DNA of 64,000 nt from Phoronis australis (lineage: Eukaryota > Animalia > Phoronida). The notes beneath the pieces are model-generated. The model did not search any database and had not been told where the DNA came from. It was given only the letters and a program-made list of their open reading frames with translations. Made by a program: the position numbers and the translations under genes. Positions 47,636 through 60,942 of the stretch are shown here, one piece after another (within the stretch, counting starts at the first letter, position 1; every line of letters starts with the position of its first letter). Where the stretch lies: assembly GCA_002633005.1 (NCBI GenBank), contig NMRA01000536.1, positions 199,826-263,825 of the forward strand, in the 5' to 3' direction.

Positions 47636-47726
47636 ATGGAGACAGGAACTGTTGGAGACAGTGGTCAGTTCTCTGTCAAAACTGAGTCTGGTGTTATGAC
47701 AGAGAATCTTAAGAAAATAAACAACG
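47636..47726 (+). CDS. Gli: Probable first coding exon of Gli/Ci (exon 47594-47726)
   Basis: Acceptor ctttttctacag; in-frame TGA at 47597; strong Kozak GCCATGG; METGTVGDSGQFSVKTESGVMTENLKKINN; G|gtgagt phase 1, matching the phase-1 exon at 63172. The link to Gli rests on phase only. Confidence 0.55.
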
Positions 47727-50700
47727 GTGAGTGGTGGCAGTGAATTCTCAATGGGGAGTGTTGGGTAATCAGGTGTCCTTGATTAGGATTATCAGATGTG
47801 GCTTACAACAACTGCTTGATAATTGATTATTATGGTAAAACCCAGTTGCAGGGGGCACTTTTTAATGGTGGATGGTTTTAAAAGGACTGCCAGCCTTGTC
47901 AAAGTCACTTAGGATTTTTGAAGTCAATTTGCTGGCAGATTTTGTGAAAATATAACTCCACATGTTGGGAACTGGTGTGCTAGTAAAAATGAACTCCACT
48001 GTTGTTTTGTGGTTTCAAACATCACTTGCAAGTTTCATTTGAAAATATACGAAATGTAATATTTTTGCATTTTAGTTACCCAAAGTTATAAAAATAATTG
48101 ATCAAAATTCAACAATTCTAGACACAAATCAAACAATGATCATTTTGCGGCAGGCATGTTCAAGTTGTAAGTCGTTCAGTCTTTCTAAAGGTGGCATTTT
48201 TCGGCTTTGAGAAGCAATAAACAAGGGGTGCAGCATGTTTTTGCTAAAACTGAGCTGTGGCATACTTAAGTGGAAATGGTGAAGCAATTGCCATGTCATT
48301 TTATGTTATTTAACACTTTGAAATAGTAAACTGGAATTTCCTCAGTTACAAAAAAAATCACAATCATGTATTTCTTAGAATGGATTTCCTTTTTTTGAAA
48401 ACAGATAACAGGTTCTCTAAATTACCCACAGTTGTGCTTATATTTAAAACACTTGGCAAGCAGTTGTACTTTGCTGTAGTGCTAGTCACAGTTTTTTACA
48501 ATGAAAATTGGATTGCCATTTGTCAAAATAGTGTTATAGTGTTGCATGGCGAGTGTGGCAGTACACGCACACAAAAAAAAATTTAAAGCTGAGTGAGGTG
48601 TCTTAGTAAGTCATTCTTCATTTGTACAGACTCGGCTCAGAAGTGTGTTGGCACTCCTAACTTTCGTAACTAGGTCAGTCACGCAACATGTTTTTCTACC
48701 TCCATGAAGGAGGAGAGTTAAATTCCGGATATGGAAATTGGCCATCATTTTTAGGCCTACAGTGAATGTGTTGTATTCTTCATTTGGTATTGTACGATTT
48801 CTGCTGGAAGCCTCTTGTTTTAGTTTGATGCTCTAAACTGTTAAGCACTTGTTCTTTTACAAGTTAGAACTTTGCTTGTACAAAATGTTCATTGGTATGA
48901 ACAATCACCTTTCAGAACAGCAAATAAAGGGTTTCATTACTGAAAGACTGTGACCTTATTCTAGTCCGGCAGGAATACTCAGTGTTTTTGTCCTCTTCTG
49001 TAAGGGGCCATGGTTGTTAAGCCTGAGATTTATGTGCTTTGCAATTCCTGGAACTGTCTTCTGTAATGACAAATCACATTTGTACTTGAACACTTGAGGG
49101 TGCTTAAACTTTTGCTCAGATGTGATATATTTCATTCAAAATCTTGGTGATGAGTTATCACTGTGCTATGTTTTTGTATGGTTGAAAATTAAGTTTCTGT
49201 CACATGTGTCCCTCTTTTGTCTTGTGCTGTCATGGAATGCCATTCTACTTAAATCTGTCTTAGTTAATTAGCTTTTACACAGCCATGGAGATCACTCCAG
49301 CCACTACTGATAAAATTCCAAGAAGAAAATGGCTTCCACTCCACAGGCAGGCTGTGGTTCTGGTGACCTCATACAGTTGCACCAGTGGTTTTCCACCATC
49401 TGGTTTTATTCAACCAAACAGGCAGGATGGCAACTATTTCCTATGACAAGACTCTCTGGTGCTCCCTCATTCTATCTCAACCTCTCTATGTTTCCCTGGA
49501 CAGTGTTATGACTGAGTGCTTGCATACAGATTAAGAAAACAGTCTTTTCTGACAGAATTGGTAATAAATATCTTTCCAATGTTAACAAACTTGACTGAGA
49601 GTGGGCGGGTTCCTGGTTTGATGCTGGCACTGGTTCACCACATTAGACCCAGTTGGAGGTTATCTGCATCTCAGTCTGTATTCATGATGGCAACCGCATT
49701 TATTCGTTTCCATGGCAACTGGGTGTGCTGTTGGAAAGTACAACACCCTTTTCTTTGAATTTATTTATTAGAGTTGTTCAAATGAAATAGCATATGCAGT
49801 GCTGTACTTTAAGTGGAATTATGGCGTCCTGTTATAGTTTGAAAACAGTATAAAGCCCTTTTCTCGAAAACTGGGAGACTTGTTACAGCTGTCATTAAGA
49901 ATATTTCACAAGTGCTTGTTTATTCCAAAGACAGATTTATGTATCATTCACTTTGTTGACACCACATCCATTCAACTTTTCAATAATCTTTACACTGACA
50001 AAGCTTTCTGGAATTGCCTGGAGCAGTGGTTTTCGCCGGAGGAGTCTTTGGGAAAATGTACAAGACTCTGTAATGAAAACATAAGCTTTGCCAGTAGACC
50101 AGTGATGTTTTTCTTAACCTTGTATTTTCAGCAGCAGAAAAATTGGCAGCTTGTTGGCATTAGCTGGAATTGGCAACCTTTACTTTCTTAGTTTAAAATT
50201 CGTGGCAAATCATTGTTTTAGAGCTACTGGGTGCATAACATAACCTGTAAGCAGTAACCTGAGTTCCTTTCAAACATGGGTTGTAACGAGTCACGTAAAT
50301 TAAAAGAACAGCATTTTAAAATTGTTATTCTGATACTCATGTGGGAAACATGTAGGCAGATTTAGGGGTGGGACTAAAAACACTGTGTCTCATGTCTGCA
50401 TGCCATTTAGGAGAACACGCGAACATTTTTGTATGGAAATAGTGGTTGCCCCCCCCTTTCCAAAATTCTAGATCTTCCATTGGCACAATAATAGACTCAC
50501 TTAGATTGGGATAATCTCCTGGACATCAAAGTGATTGACAAAAGTTTTTACCCAGCTATTCAACATAAAACAGTGGCCACATACGTAGACTGTTTTGAAA
50601 GTTGATTTTAGAATAGCAATGTTCTTTTCCTCAGGATGTTCTCTTATAATTGGTGGGGGTGTATATTCATAATGCAGGCTACTAAACAAAAGTATCTGGG

Positions 50701-51974
50701 CAATATTGGAAAATAGATACCCTAGTCATTATGAAATTGGCCTAAGATGGTCAATATCCTCCCGTTGCCCGCCTCTTTGACAATATAGATAAGGCCACCA
50801 AAAAACAGCTGGAACTTCAGGTCTGTACCCCTAATCATGCCGAAACTTGGGTCTCGATAAAACAAAAAAGTGCCCACCCACATCAACTTTAGCTAAGGTC
50901 TCGAATATGTTCATTAAAAGCCTCACAAATGCATGCAAGCAAGATTTTAAATTCTGACATTTGCCAAGTAAGGTGCAAGTTCGCATGTATATTCTTGTTT
51001 GTACACTTTTTTGAGAGCATTTCTGCTCTTTGTTACAACAGATTTTGCACGGCCTTTTGTGAATTTTATGTTCTGATTAAAATCTCATCAATTTAGGACG
51101 CGACATGGCGGACAGGCGATACTTTGAAAAATTACGCGCACTCACAACAATCATTAGAAACCATCAAACTTTGGGAGAATTTACTGCAAAACCAATGGGC
51201 TGTTATTTGTCTCGTGCCTCTATCCGTTCAGTTTTTAGAAGTTTAAATTGAGCACCTCAAGTCATCCACGTTTCACAGCTTTTGGTTTTGAAAAAATTCC
51301 TTTTGGCCATGTTCATAACACTTTTAAGGTGTTGATTTTTATTCTGCGTCAGCCGAATCTGACCTTTGATGGCTTAAGTCTAATCTATGCTAGACATAAT
51401 AATTGCACGCCACAAAGCATATGTTTAAGATTCAGTTTACAGAACTGTTTTGAGTTTGGCACTGCTTCAAGGAAAACATTTTGTGGACTATCAAGGAAGA
51501 CTTGCTGAACAAAGGAATGTATGTGAAGAAGATAACACTTTGAACCCTTCTATAACTTATCCCTCCAGTCCTGAGAATTTTTGCTCTGGTTTTTATACCT
51601 ATGAAATAATAGTGTGATTGATGGGATGGGAATAGTTTATGTCTTTGAAAACTGGTTTTGAATTTCTGTCAATTAAAGCAGCTATAAACAGACATTATGT
51701 CCTTTGAAGCCAACTTTTGATGTTTGGGTTTGCAAAGAACAGTTTCCTATTCCTTGAGACCATGTTCCACCTTTAAAATGATGCCGTGACAAGTCAACTT
51801 GAAGAGACTGGTCACGAAGAATATTGAACTGCCAGATCTTTTGAAGCCCCAGAAATCATTTCCAGTTTGACTTAGGAACAATTTGATACAAATTTCGGGT
51901 GAAAATTGTTCTAAATCAAAATTTGACTTCTGTGATGGAAGACGGGCTCATTGCTGCTGTTGAACCTAGTCATC

Positions 51975-52425
51975 TAAAGTGCCGTTTACACTTATAATCT
52001 AAAGTGCCGTTTACACTTACAAAGTTGACAGGGATCAGCTAACATGGAACAAGTTGTTCCAGTGTGTAAACGGACTGACACAAGCAAATTGACACATGGT
52101 GACAAATTTTTGCCACCCGTTTGTGAGGTAGAGTAATTGCGCCCGAACATTTTGTGCTGTGTCAATTACAAGTCTAAACGCGAAACTGGAGTAAGGCGTA
52201 AAGGATCATCTCTACTGCGCTTGTGCAATGACCTACGTATGGGTTCTTTGTCTTTGCAACTCTCGTCATTTGTAAACCTGCGCATGTGCGATCCAGTCTC
52301 TCCATCCTTTAATTTCCTTCTTGCCACGGTTAGTGAGTTGTGTGTGTAAACGGCTGCTTGACACGGGTCAATTTGCTCCGTGTCAGTTGCCCCAGGCCAA
52401 AAGTTGATGTCTAAACGGGAATTAA
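51975..52425. mobile_element. Harbinger-like MITE remnant with duplicated left end
   Basis: ctaaagtgccgtttacactta occurs twice; internal gtgtaaacgg copies; right end gtctaaacggga. Confidence 0.55.
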
Positions 52426-55400
52426 GTGTGGCTCTGCTGCCTAAGACTCGGTAAATCTGCAGCTCAAAATGCCTCAAAAATCCTGTCTCTGTTGTTTGCC
52501 TACGCCTACATACATAATTCCAGTGAAATGCATAATATAGCATTAGCACAATTACTGTTTTTTGACTGTTTGAAACTGTGTGTCTGCTTTGGGATGAGGA
52601 CAACAAATATCAAGTTATAAGCTAAGCCCACTTTGGTTTGAGTCTCTGTCACTGGGAAACTACAGCAAAATTGCTTCAATAGCCTGTCTCTATCAATTGT
52701 TTGCCTACATGGTTATCAAGTCTAATTCAGTGCACAATACATAATATTTTCTTTTCCAGTGATGTGGTCAAAGTCTCATACAGGCTGGTGTTGTTCAAGT
52801 TACATGGGCCTGTTGTGAGAGTGTTCTCCTTTGACTGGTAATCTGTGTGGAATTCATTTGTCTGATCTGGACAGGATTTGTATTGAATTGCACCTATAAC
52901 TGTTTGATGTTATCCACTCCAGTGGTTTGACTAGGCCTGGGGAAAGGGTGCCATTCAACCAGTTGGTAAATTTTCAACAAATGCCCACAATAGCTGGAGA
53001 AATCACCTCCATTCAACTTGGTTGGTGTATTGTTGTCTGGTGGTGGGACTCAATAACACACACCTTGGCTCAGATAAAACAGTTTTGGAGAAGGGGAGTG
53101 TGCACCCATTGAGTGGCACTGGACCCCAGGGTTTTTATCTATGGTGAGGCACTTTCCAGGTTAAGGACCCCTTTTCCCCTACAAGGGATGCACGCAAATT
53201 GGTTGTGCAGCTGTCCTATGTGTCACGCCCCAACATTATTCAAAAGGTTTGAAACGAAATTCAGAGGAGACTCAGAAAAATGTATTGTTGAGGAGTGCAG
53301 CTGTTCATTGGGAATCCTGGCTAGTACAGTATCTGAAGAACCAGGAAATAGTGTACCCAAAGCAATACCATATGGTGAAAATTTTTAGCCGAAGTAACAC
53401 TTCTTCTGGGAGGACATGTCTTTTGTTTATTCACCTCGAGAAAATACCTGCTGTACCATAAAGCCAAACTATCTTCCCAAAGATTAAAAAAAATAAAATA
53501 TACATTTATTTTTATTTTCTGGTATACAATTTTGTTGTATGATACCGCAATGGAAATAAACTTGATTAATGCAAAGTTACCTTATGGAGACACATCTCCA
53601 AACCTTTATAATATTCCAACGGACTCTTTCATTCTATTGGAAATAAAATTTTCCTATATTATAATAATATACCATTTGCTAACTTTTGGAATGAATCGGC
53701 TTAAATTCACCCTTAATGCTACCTGGGTTTTGCGAATGTCTGAAATTGAAAGACTAGTTAAGCCATTATTGAACTCTCCAATTTTACTTTGCTTTTTAAT
53801 TCTAATGGTTTGGACTAAATATTTCCACAGATATTACTGTCTTCTGTTCGGTTATACGGAATGGATTTGAAGTTCATTATTTTCCTTTTTCGCGAATGAT
53901 AAAGACATCAAATCAAAGACGAATTCAATTTCTTTTAAAGTGCAGTGTTATGATCTCAAAATTGAGCTACATAGTGTATATATTTATTCCAGTGGAAGTA
54001 ATTTGTTAGCTGCATCTACACTAACTGACCCATCACCTTCTTACAAGGCCTTGTGGTCAAATCCATTCAATTTGATTTGTGAGGGTTTCTTGAACCCTTG
54101 CCTAACTAAGACTGGTGAGAGGGACCCTTTTGTGTTAGATTACAATAATCTTTATAGTGAGGTCTGATGATATAAGTTTTATGTTATACCCTTGCATTCA
54201 AACACCAGAAGGCTTTTTAGCTAGGCCCCACATTCTTGGAAGTTGTGACAACCAGAAGTGCTTTGTTAAAACGCCGCTTTTTATTGCATTCTTAATTCTA
54301 AACCTAACATGACAATGACATTTCAAGTTCTTGATCTCGGAATTGAAACACCAGACTTGCGTTTGAAATAAGTATATCGCAATTATCATAAATCCTCAAT
54401 GTCACTGGTTTTTAGTTGTGAATGTTACCTGAATTTACTCTTGATAGTAAATTTTAACATTAAAAGGATTGCCTTTCAAGAATGTAAATGTAAATGTAAG
54501 TGAAATTGGTTCTCGCATTTTGTATTTAGTTCTAAGCAGATTACAGTAATCAAACCTGAGTAATGTTCCTTCATAAATATCTCGCCATCCCAGATAACAA
54601 AAAATAACCTAATTTCCTGGCCAGGTGATTGAGTTTTACAACTAAAGGTACACACTGGAACACAATATCTTATGTGATTGCGATTTGACATAACACTGTA
54701 GTGTAGTGCTTTAAAATGTACTGATGACACGGAGTGTGGTATTTCTTATACTAATTTCGCACGGAAATAATTGCTGAAACGGTCTTGTCCTATGTACAAA
54801 AGCTGACTAACTTTTTGCAAATAATGGGAACTTTTATCAACTGTTATTTTATGGCATCTATACACTGCAAATCATGCATGTAATTGACTGAAATCGTCTA
54901 TTCTTCACTGTTGCAAGCCCTCATAGGCTCTGCCTAAAGTAGCCAAAAGCTAAGTTTTGCAGTCTTTCAAATTGTCACCTGTGTGAGTTACAAGTGATTT
55001 GAACCTCGAGGGGAATTTTTCAATCAGTTGATGGGAATTTTTGGGCCTCATGAGGGGAATTTTCAGAGGAGAATGGAGTGGATATGCAGCCCCAAAATGG
55101 AGGGATTGAGGGCGTAGGATTTGTTGTTAAAAACAGCATAGAACATCTCGTCGTTTCTCAAGTATCTATAAAAGGTCACATGGTTTTGTTCTTAATGATG
55201 TTTACATCTATTCAGCATACATTTTAGTGTAATTCTATTGGTGTGATCACTCTGTGTCCAAATGTCAAAATATCAGTTGAACATACTTTAAGACGTTTAT
55301 GGCTCATTTAAACTCCATGCTCAGCCATCACAAAGCCATTGGGGTTTTGAAGAATAACTTTGGGGAAAACTTTATGTCACCAAACATAACACATTTCTAA

Positions 55401-58400
55401 ATTGTTTTGGTGAAGTTAGTGAGCTTGACGTTAGCAAATAAATCACCCAACATATTTGGTAGAAGTCGGAAAGAGAAAAGTACATTTTTTCTTTCTGTTC
55501 TGTCTTCCCACACATGCTTGATTCTAGCAACAGGACACAGCACTGGGAGAAGATGACATATGTACTCCCACACCTTGTCTTGCTGATTCACTGATTGCTA
55601 AAGGTGATAACACTCCTGATGAAAGTGATCATTTTCACCAGGTTCTGTTACCTATTCTAATCTTGGACAAATCAAGATGACATGTGATAATCTTGTTGCC
55701 TGGCAACCATTGACAAGAGATGTTACTTTCTGAAAGACCACACATGTTGAAAGTGAAGGACCACACAAAACTCATACAGGGGTAGTGACTGTGTAATTTT
55801 TATCTACATAAGCTACAAGTCATTTCTACACAGCTTGTAGGTGGTGCATGATGTGCAGTTGTCCACCCAAGATTGCTTCAGACTGTGCGGCAGTGAGAAG
55901 TCAGAAGGCTGTTTTGGAGTGTACATTATAGAACACAGTATCTAACATTTGAGAGTCATTGATGTAATTTCGGCTGGGCAGCTGAATGACAACAGTGTCT
56001 GCTTGTACTTGTGTGGAGAGGATATAGTGTGTTTGGTACTTGTCCTAGTTCGATAATTGGATTTGTTCCCTAATAGTTGGATATGTAATTGCAAGCATAG
56101 TTGGATAATAGCAAGCCTGAATCATTTTCAATGGGACTGCTGTGCTGAAATAGTTGCGATTTTGTAAACAGGTAAGGTGGTGAAATGCCCATGGGGAAGT
56201 TGACTGTGCTGCAGTTTTTAAGGGTTGAAACTTGGGCGTTCTACCATAGGATTGGAAATCCTTAGCACTGTGGAGGTCGCTGTTTGTCGATTTCAATATT
56301 GGTGTGGGTATTTTTTTATGAAAAGGTTTGAGTTACTTCCCATATTCGACTTGACACCTACCCGCAAAATATAAAAGTTCTCACTTATAAACGCCCATGC
56401 TTGCCATTGCTCAACATCCCCTGATACAATCGAGACTTCCTTTAAAGCACTTGTGTCGTTTTAATGTTGTGAATTTTACCTTGCAGAACTTGCGAATCTC
56501 TCTTACTTTTGAGTAATGAACAGTTAACGACTTTCATCGTCACCTTGCTTTATTGTGGTGGGAATATAACCATACTCTTGAACTATGTTTCATTCGACTT
56601 TTGCACTCGAGTGGAAACTTAAATATACTGATAGCTCCCTGGGCATTCACCTCGACTCCTCAAAATTTTTGTTTTTAAATGCCCATACTTTTCTCCACCA
56701 CCTGATTTTTAGTTGCCCTCGGCTTTACACGTATGTGCATTAGGTTACCTGGACGGTATGTCCTATTTTCAAACTGAGAAATATATGGTTGTAATGGGTT
56801 GAGCAAAATGGATTTGTTTATACTGGTGACTTTCCAATTTCTAAGTAGTGATATGATGGAGACACCCCCTTCCGCTTTGAAGTACATTTCTGACTTCACA
56901 CACATTGAATGACTGGTGTTTGGGAGGTAGCCTGAGGCGCTGGCCCTATTGCCCCTACAAAATCTGCCTTTTGTAACGAATAGCAAAATTGAAAAGGAAC
57001 TTTTCCTGTGGAATTATGCAGTTTGCAGATGACCAGAAGTACACTAACTATACTAAAATGTGGCGCCGTATTTTCCGATTTTCCGGCATGTAATCAAATG
57101 TTTTTTTTTTAAATTGTATCAAGTTATACTAAGCTAAATTCCCAATGTATATACTCAGTACAGTACATCTTGCATTCAGTCTCAGAGCCAGATTCCAGCC
57201 ATATAGCTTTTGTGTTTGTATTTTGTTTATGTCAACTCATTATGAATATTATGTGCACGATTTGAAAAAAAATTCACCAATTTAGGACACAGTGTAGCCA
57301 ACAAGTGACATTTTATTATTTTATTTTTAATGAAGGATCAATGTCGTATCGTTTTTAAAGATTACACAATGAGTCTTAGAAACTATTAGGCCTTTGCAAA
57401 AATGGCCTTTGAAAAATGAAGAAAACATGATTTTATGTGAAAGATTTTTTATGACTATAAGGCCTTTGATTGTCATGATATCCATGAAACTTACAAGTTA
57501 GACCCAACAAGCATGTTCTTTCTGATCCCCTGACTTAGTTTTGAGAGCTGTGGTCACCAACTAAAATATGCCTGCTGGCATCAGTTTCAGCCAAGGTCTT
57601 GTTTTTTGAATGGCTGAACAAATGTGAGCAAGGTTTGACTCCCAATGATTTGCCAAACACGAGTCCCCTTGATTTTCTTTTTTTAAAAATTTAGCAACAA
57701 GAAAGTACGGCACCACCACGATTTTCAAAAAGACCAAAACCAGAGTTGATGTGTATGCTGTCAATTCCAACTTGATGAGTCCAGCAGCTATAACTTTGCT
57801 AGTCATTTCCAAAAAATGTCCTATCTGAGACAAGTGGAGACCAATTTTATAGTGATAAGAGGTCTATTTCAGAAGTAAAGTAGTTTTGACACTAAAAACC
57901 GTGCAAGGAATGTACTCAGGTACATAAATGTTGTTTAAAAATGCAATATTCAGTAGCAACCTTGAAAAATCACCACTTACCCTCAGGTACAAAAGTGGTT
58001 TAGTTGGAAAAATATTCAGCTGCTCAGCTGAATGTGTCTCGGTTCATTAATTCTACAAAGTATAGCACTTTAATTATTTTTTTATTGCACGGGTAATTGC
58101 CAAAGCCCCTGGACCACCCGTACATTGGCATCTTTGTTAGTCCAGAGGCAATGTTTGCTGGATTTTGTGGTTGAAATGATGCCGGATTCATCTCTGTCTT
58201 TGGTTTGAGAATCATCTGCTTTCTTAAATTTTTCCATTTTTCCATCCAACAGAAAACTCTCAATGAAAGAAGCTGTGTGATTTAAGGTAGTGGTACACTG
58301 AAATTATAAACTTTGACTCCAACACATGGTAGGTCTCCAATACAATCTATGGATGCTTTGGTAATGCAAGGCATTCCTCGAAAGGTGGCGAAAGAGTTAG

Positions 58401-60093
58401 CCCGTGGAATGGAATAATCACTGCTTTCTACCATGTGTAACTTGCAGAAGTTTAAGCGACCACGTGGACAATAGGTTAGACTAGTGGGACTTGTCATTGG
58501 TGTGGCAACTTACCTTACCTCTTTGAGGTAGTGCCCGGTCAACTTGCCCCAACTCAAAATCCTATATGGACAGCAAACTGGGGCAAAATGAAAGCAATTA
58601 TCAGATACGCCCTTGCCACTTGCACAAATGACTTGATCCAGTCACTGCTTTTTTGTGTCATTTAGAAACTTCACACCAAATTCTCTTTTCATTTTCAATT
58701 TTACAAGTGAAATGAAATATAGGGAAAATCGAAACATATTGTAGTTCGTTGAACTGCCATTTTGTGGTTGTGTGCCTGGCAATACTAAACCTAGTAACAT
58801 GCGCAACGTGATTTCCGCTCTATTCCACTTCCTTGCCACCACATGTGTGAGTGTAGTCTTGACATTTACATTGATCTAGCAAAAGTTGCCTCTGGTGTAA
58901 AACGTGAGCTGGCCAAAGTCCCCCTCCCCACCCCCTCCCCCTTTCCCCTGACACATTTTTATTGAACAAGTGTTGGNCCCTGACACATTTTTATTGAACA
59001 CTCCACGTGTTGGCTCTTTAATTTCTTATTCTAAGGCACTGTCTTAATGGAGATATGATGTTGATAATTCCATGAATGAGTATTTTTCGTCTATGAATCT
59101 AATGAAACATGTTTAACATGTTCAGAAGTGTTTAAACTTCTAGAAATTAACATCTTAGTTAATTAATCCTTGTGTTTTGTAAGTGAACACCCCATTTCCT
59201 CACTTATAACCCTAACAAAGTGTTATTTAACCCTAACAAAGTGTTATTTAGTTGAGTAGCAACTGTAAGCAGCTGCTTAAAACCAACTGAGACAAGTTTT
59301 ATTGGTACTTGCAAAGAAAGGCTGCCCTCAGCCTTCAATAACATATGCATTGGGCATGTGGTTCATTGGTGGACATTTGATAGTTTTGACCTTTGTGTAC
59401 GTGCTTGAGACAAGCTTGTGATTTGTGCACACCGAAGTGGTTAGGAGTCACTTGAGTTTTACTTTCATATCTAGTTGATGGTGGGAAGATTTGTGCCTGG
59501 CAATCCATTACCAGCTAAACCCACAATCTATCAATGCACATCTTGCAACAGCCCTGTCCTTATGTCCCAATCTAATCCAACATGCTGTCAACATGGAGTA
59601 AGTGATACAAAATAACCTATCTAGTGGGAATTTGATATTTATGTGCTTCACAATAATAATGAATTGTGGTTACAAATTATTGGGGGAGGGCCTGTGTAGA
59701 TGCACCTTGTGAAATCCGATTCAGTACTCATTGATCTCGCACTTGTTACAAACTCTTCAAGGTGCATTCACCATTTGCTATGACCCAACCTTTGAATCAT
59801 CTCAGCAGTAACCACTTCTGCCTGTCATTCACACATTCCTGTCCTAAATAACAATGTTTCCCACATTCTCCCCACTCTTCCCCCATTGATCCTGTATTGT
59901 ACTTGTGCTCATCTTCTTTGACACTTGAGAGTCTTCCTTGGCTAGTTCACAACAATGGCTCCATTGTCTACTTCCTGTGTTCCACAGTGTGTCCCTTCTA
60001 AAGGAAGACAGATTTTGTGAAACCTATACCTCCCATCCACCATGGGGCTGCATTGGCAGTCAGTCGGGCTTGCTGAATTGAGAGATTAATGGT

Positions 60094-60942
60094 GACTCAG
60101 AACTGTGAATCAGTTGAGGCAGACAGCTGTGACTGGTCTCATTAAATGAAGACTTCTTGCTTCAGTAGACAACTGCTCATCATAATCTCCAACTGAGATT
60201 TTTAGCTGATGCATTGAAGTGCTACATATTTTACATGATAAGGTGTCCCACTGTCTCAACATAGTCTCCCCTTTGTTAACAGTTTAAATGCAACATTGAC
60301 ACATGACCCTACCACAGAGAAACCTTGCTGTGGACTGCCTAATGAAACTTGTATGCCAGGCGGGATTGTTTTTGAGAGATAATTCCCTTCGATCGGTTAC
60401 CCTCCTAGAATTCTCTTCAAATTCCGAGTCGAGGAATGACAGTTTGTACAATATTCAAAATCCAGACTTGCTCAATATACCTGCCTCAAGATGAAACAAG
60501 CTCGGTAAAAATTTTGCNGACTCAGAACTGTGAATCAGTTGAGGCAGACAGCTGTGACTGGTCTCATTAAATGAAGACTTCTTGCTTCAGTAGACAACTG
60601 CTCATCCTAATCTCCAACTGAGATTTTTAGCTGATGCATTGAAGTGCTACATATTTTACATGATAAGGTGTCCCACTGTCTCAACATAGTCTCCCCTTTG
60701 TTAACAGTTTAAATGCAACATTGACACATGACCCTACCACAGAGAAACCTTGCTGTGGACTGCCTAATGAAACTTGTATGCCAGGCGGGATTTTTTTTGA
60801 GAGATAATTCCCTTCGATCGGTTACCCTCCTAGAATTCTCTTCAAATTCCGAGTCGAGGAATGACAGTTTGTACAATATTCAAAATCCAGACTTGCTCAA
60901 TATACCTGCCTCAAGATGAAACAAGCTCGCTAAAAATTTTGC
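60094..60942 (+). repeat. 424-bp direct duplication around n60518; probable allelic-overlap assembly artefact
   Basis: 60094-60517 versus 60519-60942 differ at only about 3 positions and meet exactly at a single n. Confidence 0.9.

Noticed and set aside
49283-49446. Additional Gli exon (AMEITPATTDKIPRRKW...)
   Set aside because: The acceptor is phase-compatible, but there is no good phase-1 donor before the stop and no Gli-like motif.
58946-59000. Short direct repeat ccctgacacatttttattgaaca
   Set aside because: Flanks n58977; contig-overlap artefact.
60303-60919. Two tandem 63-aa genes (MTLPQRN...)
   Set aside because: Near-identical intronic duplicate joined at n60518; assembly overlap with no coding signal.
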